A DNA stretch of 60,387 nucleotides from Klebsormidium nitens. Lineage: Eukaryota; Plantae; Klebsormidiophyceae. Shown here one piece after another: positions 35,288 to 47,200 of this stretch. The notes under the pieces were generated by a model. The model was not told where the DNA came from. It was given only the letters and a program-made list of their open reading frames with translations, and ran no database searches. A program made the translations under genes and the position numbers. Numbering within the stretch: the stretch's first letter is position 1; the number at the start of each line of letters is the position of its first letter. The stretch spans positions 5,770 through 66,156 of the forward strand of contig DF237467.1 in the NCBI GenBank assembly GCA_000708835.1. Direction: 5' to 3'.

Positions 35288-38200
35288 ATGGTCGACAAAC
35301 TTTTAGATTTCACCCAGCCTTTTGACGTGCCGCTTCTGGACGCGACAGTCCAAGCATTCTACGGCACGGGGTCGAAGGAAGAGGTGAGGCAAGCAGGGGC
35401 CAACTTCAACTTTGATGTTGGTTGGGCCAGTCTTTGTGAAACGGGTTTAGATGATTCGGTGGGCAGGGCTGATGGTTATACGACCATTTTGTATCGGTTC
35501 GTGGTTTGTTCAAGCAAAGACAGAATCCGGCAGGCACCAGTCACTGAAGTGTGCCGTTTTTTAGTGGTGCGAAAACGACATTGAATTGACCAGCTTTCAA
35601 GATCAAAGCAAGCAGATAAGCGGACAGATCTCACTGGAGGTGGTTGCTTTGACAATCGCTGCTCAAGAGGGGACCAGGTGATGGCTTGGGTGGCGTCGGC
35701 CAAACGCTGAGCTAATTTGACCTTGGCAATCGAGCCATTGCTCTTTGAACAGCCTGCTTGGAAGTGCGAGTCAGCGCATTAGTGCCATTCAAGCAGACTC
35801 CAAGCAAGCGTTGCAAACATGTGGCATTTGCTCTCAGGAAGAATCGTATGAAGAATGACATGAATCTGCTCGTAAGCAACTGTGTTGGTTATGGTGGTGA
35901 CTTTCATAGCTCTTGATAGATGCGAAGCGTCAAGGCGGGGATGATTTCTTGTTTGAGCAATCCTGAGTTATAATAGTTGTGTGTCAGGCTACAGAATAAG
36001 CTGGTCTGAAAGTTGAAAAGGTACGCAAGCCTTGACTTGCCCGAGCCGAGGAGATTTGTAAAGACCGGTATATTCTGGGAAACTTCAGAATGAGAGTGGT
36101 GTTCGTCTGGCGACCAGCAATAAATCTCAAGGAGCTCTTGTGTCTTGAAAATCTCCGTTGGTCATGGATTGGAGAAACCGGGTTGCTACTTGTCTTGTGT
36201 TGGATTTAGCATGGGTTTCTGCTTTTCCCCAAGAATGGTTCTCACGAATCGTGCAAAAAGCTGTTTGAGAAGCAAGTATAGTGACGGAAAACACTCGACT
36301 TTGCAAATTCTCTGGTTTGCCAGGGCTACACCGTGGCTCTGAATTCATGTTTGTTCATAAGTAAGGGGATTCTTTTTTGCACTCCTAGAAGATGCTAAGT
36401 AACGTGTTCAGATTCAACTTTGACTTCCTCACATTTTTGAGGAAGCCCAAAGGCCGCTTGTATTAGCAATTGCGGGTTAGGGCATCCTCTCTTCAAAAGG
36501 AAGTCGGAAGTATGTATCAACCAGTTGCTTCAGACCCTGCATCGGCATCTTGAATCAGAATATTAACAGTGCAGGAGTGCAGCGCAAGTCAACAACTCCT
36601 CTTGCGCAACTCAAATGCACCAATTCAGGATTGGCACACTGCCGCAATGAAACAGAAAAGAACCTTCTTGGCCTGCAGAGATCTGCAGCGGAACGGGTTC
36701 TACGACAGTTGCAGGAGCACCCGGATACATGGACCCGGGTGGTGGATATCTTGCAAAAGAGCCAGGTCATCGACTCAAAGTTCTTCGCACTCCAGGTATC
36801 CCTCACAACCTCTGCTTTTCAGCAGCGAACCAGCTCTGCTTAGTGATTTGCTGTATAGTACCACTTCTTCTTGATTATGCAAGTTGCTCCGGGAAATTTT
36901 CGCAACCTTTTTTCCCCCAGTAAGGAGCAGAAATGTCCAAGTAGCCCGTGTCCTTTGGGGCTTGAATCTATAAGAGAGCTTGTTCCGCAAATTTCAAACA
37001 GGTCCTGAGCAAAGTCTTGTTGTCTGTACAGGTGCTCGAGGGAGTCATCAAGTTCAGATGGAACGCTCTGCCGGTGGAACAGAGGGACGGGATAAAGAAC
37101 TATGTGTCAGAGCTCATAGTGCAGGTAAGCATTTCCCCTTCTTCTAGATTCGACAAACCTTCTACTTGCTTTTGCTTCTCTATCGAGTTCGACGAGACTT
37201 CCGCTTGCGCCCATGCCACCTGTCACAAAGGCTATTCTTTCAGCCGCAAATGCTACAGTGTCTGCTTCATTTGGCAGAGAAGATTCTTGATGGACTGCTC
37301 TCGTGTTAGGCATGAAGCAAAAGCCCATGTTGACAGTGGGACACATTTCTACTCTTTGAGCCACGCAGTGTCTTGCTATCTTGGCTAAGCGACTCATACC
37401 CATCGTTTTCTCCCTGCAGTTGTCACGAGAAGAGCCCACATATCGAAGGGAGCGGCTCTACATCAACAAACTGAACATCATACTCGTCCAGGTAAAAGCT
37501 CACGGCTCTTACCTTGTTTGCTAAAGAGTGCCGACACCACACTTGAAGTTTGACATTTTGGCCGAACAAACGTTTGTGCTGCTTCCGGAGGCTCGTTGCT
37601 GGGTAGCCTCTTTCAAAACGATAGTTCAGAGCTGTGTAACCCTCCGCTACATCAAGTAGTTCAGTGGGTCTCTGTGCCGCGCCCTCTTCTCGTGTCACCA
37701 GAGTTTGTTGCTTGGATTTGTCGCATTGGACCAAGGAGCTGGCTGTCACTTGCGCAGGTCTTGAAGCATGAGTGGCCGTCTAAATGGCCGCAGTTCATCC
37801 CCGACCTAGTGGCCGCTGCGAAGAGCAGCGAGACCCTTTGCGAGAATTGCATGGTCATCCTGAAGGTAAAAGCGCCATCAGTATCGGACAGCCGAGCATG
37901 GCTCAGCATCACAGGACCACTTCGGGCCTTGATGTGGGAACTGTAGTGCAGAAGTCCCGTCACTGAGTGTTAGCGTTCGAGTCGAACTCAAATTGATCTT
38001 TCAACCACCTGCCTTTCTGACAAGGGCGACCGACACTTACGATTCCCGACAACTGTCCTCAAGATGAAAGGATGCTTTCTGAAGCGATTGAATCCGACAA
38101 GGGTTTGAGTTGGGGCGGTTGAGGCGCAAGCATTCTGTAGTTGCCAAGGTGCATGGCCGTCTCGAGATGCCTTCAAGCAAACGATTCCTTCAAGCCGAGG

Positions 38201-41200
38201 GTGTGGAGGCATATGCAGGAATTCCAGCCTACTAGCTGCTTCTTTGTTGCACGACGCAAGTGCTTCCGCTACCCCCAGTCTGCGGCCATGATAGTAATGA
38301 TCATGCTTTCTTTCTGCTTGCAGCTTCTGAGCGAGGAGGTCTTCGACTTTTCGCGAGGGGAGCTTACGCAACTCAAAATCAAGGAGCTCAAGAACTCGCT
38401 CAACAGGTGAGTGCCGAGATCCCAACTGCAAGGCTGTCCTGGATCGGACAGGCCTCTCCGAAATTATTGTTTGGTCAAGGAGATTGCAAGGCTGGTAATT
38501 GCCTTTTTGAGATCAACTCTTCCTCAGTACTCAAAGCAGCTTTTCAGCGGGGTTTACATGCCAAAAGCCCAATCACGTATTGGGCGTCACGATTACTCTC
38601 GAAGAAGTGGTTCCGATGAGAGCTCTACTTTTGTACGTTTGTGCGCAGCGAGTTCCAGCGCATCCACGAGCTGTGCATGTACGTGCTGTCGGCGTCCACC
38701 CGGCCGGAGCTCATCCGGGCGACCCTCGCAACGCTGCACGCCTTCCTCTCCTGGATCCCGCTCGGCTACATCTTCGAGTCGAACCTGGTGAGACAGTTGT
38801 GATGAATCAGGTCAGAAAGATGTTGACTTCGATTACTTTCAGCGGTTTGGAATGAGTCGTTCGGCGGCACTTGCAAACGAAAGTTGGACGTTCAAAAGAG
38901 GTGCTTGCTTGGACGAAGCGGAGTACTTTGTCGAGTTCGGTGGTTACGTTTGGAGCAGTCTTGTTGTCCAGACTAAACTCGTACAACTAATTGCAAGTCG
39001 AGTCCCTTACTCCCTCAGTCAAGTACTTTGGTGTCGTAGCAATAACTAGTTACTTTGTCATGCGGAAGTTTCCAATCTGAGGAACCCTGTGCGGAACGTG
39101 ATCATCCTCTATCTTTGGTTGTGCAGCTGGAGATCCTCCTGAAGCTGTTCCCTGCACCCCCCTTTAGAAACCTCACTCTGCAGTGCCTCTCCGAGGTGAG
39201 ACCCGCATCTCAAATTCCTTCACCTTTTCTGGTCATCTGCTCTGCATAGAGTAGCACTAAGCACTAAGCTCAGGATTCAGCGTCTTTGGCACACAAGGCT
39301 CGCTGTGCAATTGTTGGAGCGCTTGCAGACTGCATCATGGGACATCCAGCGTGTGCTTTGATTGGCCTCACTTTAATCAAGTCAGCAACCCCCCCTGGGC
39401 CGTCATTCTTGTCACATTCCGCTTCCCATTATCTGCCTCGATACAGAACAACTTAGCATGAGCGACTGGCGCTCCATTCCAACGCAAAGGGCAAGCAACA
39501 CTGTTGCAACTGACGAGACACCAGACCACTGCTGAGACGATCCAATTCAGACGCAGCCACTCCTGCGTTGTAAAGTGGCACACTTTTTTTGGGTCCGAAA
39601 TCGTTTGGCAAGAGGAGAAATGGATTCTTTCTTGCAGGTGGCGGCCCTGAGTGTGGGCGACTACTACAACGAGCACTTCGTGAAGCTATACACCATTTTC
39701 ATGGCGCAGCTCCAAGGCATCCTGCCCCCCGGGACCGATATCCCAGCTGCATACGCCGCTGGCACGGACGATGAGCAGGTAGACTCTACATCCGTCCGAC
39801 CATCGCTCTCTCGAGAGTGGTGTTTCAAGCCGGCCTGAAGAGTCGGCACCACTAGTTTTCAGACTCCAAGCGGATGTCGACTTGTTTATAGTACGTGCCA
39901 AGTTGTCCGGGATTGGTGCGAGTCATGTAAAGCTCTAGATACGGGTCTATTCGAGCGAGCACCTGAGTTCAGAGTGTCAATCCTGACCGGACAGACTGGC
40001 GCAAAGTGACAGTGGAATAGCTGACCGCAAGTTCAGAATAAGCCCCTGAAGTTCAAAGTTGAGAGTCTGCTTCCGAGCCCAAGTTGTGTTTGACGGTTGT
40101 CTCACGCTTGCTTGTCTCGTTTCTACAGGCCTTCATCCAGAACCTCGCTCTCTTCTTGACCGGCTACTTCAAGGTGAGCCACAAAGTAGCTGCCAACGAG
40201 AGGTTCCGTGGCATCGAGGTTTGAGCACTTGGCACATCAGACCGGGATCCCGTGTGCTTTTGTCATCGTATGTGTTCCGAAGCTTTTGCACGCTTCTGCG
40301 CCTTTCTTTATCAGTCATGTCTTCTCAAGCTCCCACTTGCCTCGTGAAACTGTTCCGCATGGACCCTTTGATGTCAGAAGATGAAACTATCCTCGCTCTT
40401 CAGCGATCCGGAACCCCTTCCTTTTGGATCTTTGGTGACTTACGTCATCACCTGTTCTATTCTGTTCTGCAGTCTCACGTCGCTGTCCTGGAGGTGAACC
40501 CCGAGACGAAGCCAGGCCTCCTCTTGGGCCTCGACTACCTGCTCAGCATCTCATACGTGGAAGACGTGGAGGTCTTCAAGGTATACTGATCTTTGAGTAC
40601 TCTTCCCTTTCTTTGTTCTGACATTGTGTGATGAATATTCGCAGCTCGCTTTGAAGTGTTTGCGCCCTTGTTCCGGGGCTGTCCGTATAATACTAAGAAG
40701 ATTACGTGTAAGTTTCCAACAGCGGTCAGAAGAGGTCCCCAACTTTTGCACACCCGCTTTCTTCGCTTGGCGTGATTGGCACCGCTTCCTGCCTCCCAAT
40801 GCCTTTACATGCTGTCCTGCGAAGAGAACACGTTAGCTGCTGATGCCAACGCCTACCGACCTTGCTATTTACGCAGCAATCTCAAGCCGAAATCCGCCAC
40901 CTTGCGTGAAAACTGACACCACACCTCTTCTCGCAGGTGTGCCTCGACTACTGGAACATCCTGGTGTCAGACCTCTTCCAAACGGAAGCCAATGCGGAGC
41001 CGGCCGCGGCGCCGCTGGGCCTGCACATCCCGGCGGCCAATGGTGCGGGGGGGCAGACGTCGGAGCGCAAAAAGCTGTACTCAGTCCCAATGTCGAAGCT
41101 GCGGCTGTTGTTCATCAGCCGTATGGCCAAGCCGGAAGAGGTGCTGATTGTGGAGGACGAGAACGGGAACATTGTGCGCGAGACGATGAAGGACAACGAC

Positions 41201-44200
41201 GTGCTGGTGCAGTACAAGGTGAGCTCAGAGAACGCTTTTATGATCGGCTCCTACTGCGTCAAAAGTCTCTGCAAAGAAGTCCACCATCTTCACTCTTGCA
41301 ATCACGTGAACTGTGTCAATGGCTTGTTCTGTTTGCTGTTGTGTGCTAGACGTCCGCTGATGCTGCAGGTTGGTCCTAATGCAATCTTCAGATTGTCACT
41401 CACTTCGTGGTCTGGAAAGTGGTTCGAAGACGGTGTGGAAGGGCAAAGGGCTGAAAGGCTAGGACACTTTACAGCAGGAAAAGATGAATCTCCCATCTTT
41501 ATCCAACTATCGACGCTCAACTAACGCTCACTCAAAGTACCCGCGATGATGTGCTGAAAGCTTCGGCTCTTGCCCTTGCAGATTATGAGGGAGACGCTTA
41601 TCTACCTCTCGCATCTTGACCACGAGGACACGGAGCAACAGGTGAGGTTCTAATACGCAACGGGATCGGTTCTATGCAGACACGTGGTTTTCGGTCTTCT
41701 TGCTTTACGCATCTCTTTTGCACTTTCGCAGTCAGTCTGGATAAACCCATCAGCATCGTTTTGAATTTGCACACATAGTGTAGAAGTTCGCTCTCACCAG
41801 ATTGGTTGAAGAAGCTATCGTAAGACTCTGACGGCTTCATCAATAGTGAAGAGAAGCCGTTCTTGAGCAATGGATATCAGACCTGGTGACAGACTGTACA
41901 TCTGTGAATCGGAGGAGCGAGCGTGCATTTTGCTGTCTTTCCATGCTCGAAGGCTGGACTAGAGCGAAACAAAGCTCAACACCATTTGCATTGGGAAACA
42001 AGAGATCTCGACGGCAAGAAAGCCGCTACTCGTCATCCTAACTTTGCGGCGGGAAAACCTGTTCATGTCATGACGTGTCTACGGATCTACGACTTCGCCC
42101 TTTGTCACACGCAGATGCTGAAGAAGCTGGCCCTGCAACTGAACGGCAAGGAGTGGTCCTGGAACAACCTCAACACGCTCTGCTGGGCCATCGGATCCAT
42201 CTCGGGGTCCATGCAAGAAGACCAGGTGCGGCGAAACCAGCGTCCAAAGGTTAAAAAGGACCTTTCTTCTTAGTATGTCAACCTAGGTACCTCTACGAGC
42301 TTCTGATCGAGCTTAGATTGGATCGGGGCGTCATAGGCAGCTCTTTATGGACAATAAGGTCCTCCATCCTATACTCCGTTTGGCCAGGGCGGCTCAATTG
42401 TTGCTCAATAGCTGGGCCGTAGACTTCACATTCGGGTTACTTGGACTGGTATCTGCCGTCTAAATTGAAAATTGAAACAGTCGTCCTCAGTTGCAGGCCC
42501 AAATTTGAATCTGGAGGCTCTGGCAGGGCTGTTGAGGTCTGGCAGTACTTCAATGCTGACACGCACAGTTTTACTGGTGCAGGAGAACCGGTTCCTGGTG
42601 ACCGTCATTCGAGACCTCCTCAGCCTGGTGGAAATCACCCGGGGCAAGGCCCACAAGGCCGTCATCGCCAGCAACATCATGTAAGCCGCGGCCGGCTCTC
42701 ATCCTGAACGGAAAGTCACTATCGTGTGTATTAGAAATTGATGCGACTGAGTGTTCAGGCAGCTGGATTTTAGCCCTGCAGCACGCATGAGAGCTCAAGT
42801 TCGCAAAGCGTACTTGAGACAATGTTACACGTGTCAGACGACCTTGATGGAACGTTGTTGGAGGGGGTCCTTCTTTCTGCAGATTGGCCTCTTCTCTCGC
42901 AGTCTTTAGAGACTGATCGTGTGGGCAATAATGGTTTAGCCTCCGTATCGATCAGCCTATTCAATGCTCTTCTCTTCCAGGGCACTTCAATGTTATCTTT
43001 GAGTCAGTTCGTAGCCCAAAAGGTCAAAAACTATGTAGCCTTTGCTTTCAAAAATCAGCCCAATCTAAGGACGCTCACTGAACTTCTCGCTTGGAAAACT
43101 TGTGCCGTGCAGGTACGTGGTGGGCCAGTACCCCCGCTTCCTGCGCGCCCACTGGAAGTTCCTCAAGACGGTCGTCAACAAGCTCTTCGAGTTCATGCAT
43201 GAAACGCACCCCGGAGTGCAGGTGCGCCCATCGGTTCCACTTGTCACCGTCTCCCTTCTTTCCTTCTTTCTGGACTTTCTGCAGGAAATATAGCAGGTAT
43301 TGTACAAGGCAGATATGCATGCTAGCCTTGGGCTGTGTGCTCGGTTTCCCTGTGCCACACTCGGTGCGGTCAGAAAGTTTTTTTCGTTGATTCAGACCGT
43401 GCGTTCGGTTGCATTGCTGGATGTGAGGACTTTGAGCAAACGGCTCGGCGTTTGACTATGGGCCTGTCTGACTCGTTTTCATTGTTTAGATGAGACCCAG
43501 AGCCGCAAAGATATTGAAGACGATCATCTGTCCTGACGGCGCAGTTGCTCACTCTTGCAGGACATGGCATGCGAGACGTTTCTGAAGATTGTCCAGAAGT
43601 GCCGACGAAAGTTCGTCATACAACAAGTGAGATTACGTTTGTTCTTTGTATCCACGCCTCCCTTTCTCTTATAGCGACATCTCGTGCTTCTATGTCTGAC
43701 CGTCCCTTTTCGATTGACAACAGAGCGGCGACGGATGTGTGGTGATATCTGGTCCATATACAACTTTTTCAAGTCAAGTCTTGATCCCATAGCAGCCAAG
43801 ACTTACAGTAGCTCTGTCACCAAACTGCCAACCTCTGGGGCTTCTCTTCGGACTTCCGAAACCTCTTGCCTTCTTTCCAGGTTTTATATCAAAAGGTCGA
43901 GTTATTGCTTCAATTCCGCTATTGTAGTTGAGCAGACGGCAGCTTACAAAAGCATCCATATTATTGGCAGGCATTTCCTCGTTTCAAAAACGGATGATTC
44001 TTTTAAATAACGGCTCATTGGTTCAAGTGGGTTCCAATCATGTGGCTGGCTTGTCTAGGTGGGTGAAGCCGAGCCGTTCATCTGCGAGCTGCTGCGCGGG
44101 CTGGCGACGACCATTCTGGACCTTCAGCCGCACCAAATACACATGTTCTACGAGTCGGTAAGGCTGCTGGTCGGGTTGGCATCCGCGCGTATTCGGCAAA

Positions 44201-47200
44201 TGCGTGGATTACACGAGTCGAGTTCGAACATCTACCAGAGCTTTACAGCTTCAGACGAATAGGGACAAAGCTTTTTCAGTCCCACGGAAAGAGACAACGT
44301 TATTTGCTGCATAAGGGTGTCTTGTCTTGTTTCAGCTGAGGAAGCCGCTCTTTCTGCTATGGTGTCCAGATTACGAAGCCCTTGTGTCGTACTTTGCAGG
44401 TGGGATACATGATCCAAGCGGAAACTGAAAAGCAGAAACAGATTGAGTACCTACAGAAGCTCATGGAGCTACCAAACGCGGTGAGCATCGAGACACTGTC
44501 AGTTCTGCCGATTATTACTGTCAGCAGTCTTTTGCAGTATCGTTTTTATCGCCACCAAGGTTGGCGGAGAGGTAAAGCCTCTATCATAGGACGCTGGGAA
44601 AGTCAGCCAAGGCGACTGCCGTGCTCGGATGAACAACGCTTCATCTCGTCATTGAAGCGGTTCAAAAAGTTATTAAGGCCCCGGATGTGCGTTGATAGAA
44701 GCCGGCCATCACAAAAGAAAGCGTCAGCTCTCTTGAGCTGTCCCTTAATTCTCTTTTCCGTCCTCATCTTCTCTCGGTTCGGCTGTAACTCTGCTGCAAC
44801 AAAGGCACGAGACCTTAGCGGAGCATGGCAGAGCGTGCTCAAGCTTTAAGACACGCAGCTTGATCACGTCGATCATCTCCAGAAGATGTTTATGCAAAAT
44901 CCTGTTCAAACTCTCCTGGAGACACCGGTGTCACTTTCTCAATCTCCACGCAACTCCACTGCAGGTTGGAACAAGATCATAGCGCAGGCACTGCAGAGCG
45001 TGAACGCTTTTAGTTCCACACCTCAACACATTAGTCGAGCTTTAGAAATTTAGAAACGTTACCCGTATTCCCGGGTTAACACACTCCCCCTCTTTGGGGA
45101 CACCCTAACGAATTCCTGCGCCTTTTTGCTGCAGCGGTGGAACGAGATCATGGCGCAGGCGCAGCAGAGCGTGGACACGCTGAAGAACCCCGAGACGGCG
45201 CGCGCGATCCTGAACATTCTGCAGCCCAACGTGAGCGTGGCCAGCGCGCTCGGGCAGCCCTTCATCAGCCAGCTCTCCGGCATCTACCTCAACATGCTCA
45301 ACATCTACAGGTGGGTCCCCACCCTCCCTGCCCTGGTAACAGTTTAGTTACAGTTTTTTTAGTGGCCTCACAACTTGCCACCCCAGTTTCAGCTTTGAGT
45401 TGCGGTCCAAAATCTTGATCCGTCGCAACTCATTCAACAACCATGGGACTGTGGAAATCAAAAACTTTGCTCTGAGCTGTGCTAATCTGAGAGCACCAGT
45501 TCTGAAGGTCTTCCTCATCCTTCTGGGTGTTTAGAACGGGTTTGTTTCGAGAACGGATTCTGACAGAGCAGATAATGCACTGCTGGGATCTTTTTTGGCA
45601 GGTGATGCGAGATTCGTCTTCCTTTGGTCCGCTTTCTTACGCTTCTGAAAGACGCCTGTCAAATTGCTCAATGGAAGTCCGTTTTATGAACCATCTGGGG
45701 TGAGAGAAGGTCGCCTTCAGTGCAAACCATGTTCAACGACCACTTGTCACTCCCATTTTGGCAGGCTCGGATCGCTCTGTGTCGAATTGGTCGCATAACA
45801 CTTTCTCTTGAGTGCAGAATGTATAGCGAGATCATCTCCAGCAGCATCGCGGAAGGAGGCCCTTACGCTTCCAAGACATCCGTGGTCAAGCTCCTCCGGT
45901 GAGACTTGCCTCTCTGCTAGTTTGCCTCCCGTAGGTCTTGCCATCTCTCAAAGTCATCTATAGTCGGATAAAATGAACGAATCATTTATCAACGTTTCGG
46001 GTCAATTACGTTCCATTCCGGAGCTTTGTTGGTCAGACGGGAGCGACTGTGAGAAGTCTTCTTTTGAGGACGGTGTCTAAAATGCTGGAGATTTGTTTTC
46101 AGGACCACAGGCTTTTTGCCATGACCTGCTATAAGTACAAACTGTTTTGTTGCAATAACCTGGCATAATCACAGACTGTTTCGTTGCTACAACCTACCAT
46201 AAGCACAGACTGTTCCGTTTGCTATCATTTGCCATGACCACAGACTCATTCGTTACCAGAACCTGGCATAATCACCGACTGTTTCGTTGCTATAACCTGC
46301 TAAAACCACAGACTGGTTCGCTGCCAGGTCCGTGAAGCGCGAGACGCTGCGGCTGATAGAGACGTTCGTGGAGAAGGCGGAGGACACGGAAATCATCGCC
46401 AAGCAATTTGTGCCTGCCATGCTAGACCCCATCCTAGGGGACTACGCGCGCAACGTGCCGGACGCACGGGAATCGGAAGTGCTGTCCCTATTCGCCGCCA
46501 TCATAAATAAGTGAGCTCTTGATTACAGACGTTCCTCCTTTAGTTGGTTGCTCCTCATGCCCTTTTCTTCTGCTGTTCCCTCCGTCACCAGTTGAAGTCA
46601 CCTGTTCAGTTCTGTGGGAACGAGCAAAACGGGTGCTGACAATGTTCGTAGCATAGATGCCAAAGTTCCACCTCTTCCCACGAGGTTTTCGAGGGGACCT
46701 GTGTCCGCATCCGTCTTAGTAGCTGCTGGCTGTCGGAGGACCTGCTAGCGAAGGCCTCCAGCTTTTAATCGACAGTTTTTCGGCTAGCGGTGCCTTGCTA
46801 TCCTGCTTAGGCAATCCGCTGTCGGTATCACCGCATATGCTGTTTTGGAGAGCATTTGTCGCCCTTTTTATTGCAGTTCGTTAAGCTTCGCATCATTCTC
46901 ATTTGATTGCAGATTGAAGGAAGCCATGCTGGACGAGGTGCCCCGGATCTTCGAGGCCGTCTTCGAGTGCACGCTGGATGTGAGTACCCACTTTGCAACC
47001 TGAGCTTTGCACCGCCTTTCGAGTTTGAGGCGCCGTTCAAGTATCCCTTCACGGCATGCACACGTACGCAAGGAAAAGCTGTCTGGAACCAGTCAGCAAA
47101 GTTACCTAACATAACAAACGTAACTAGTCCGTTCGTAAGCCCGTGTCTCGTGTCAAAACCGTGCCTGAATACAAAAGCAACATACTCCTCCTTTCGGGGA

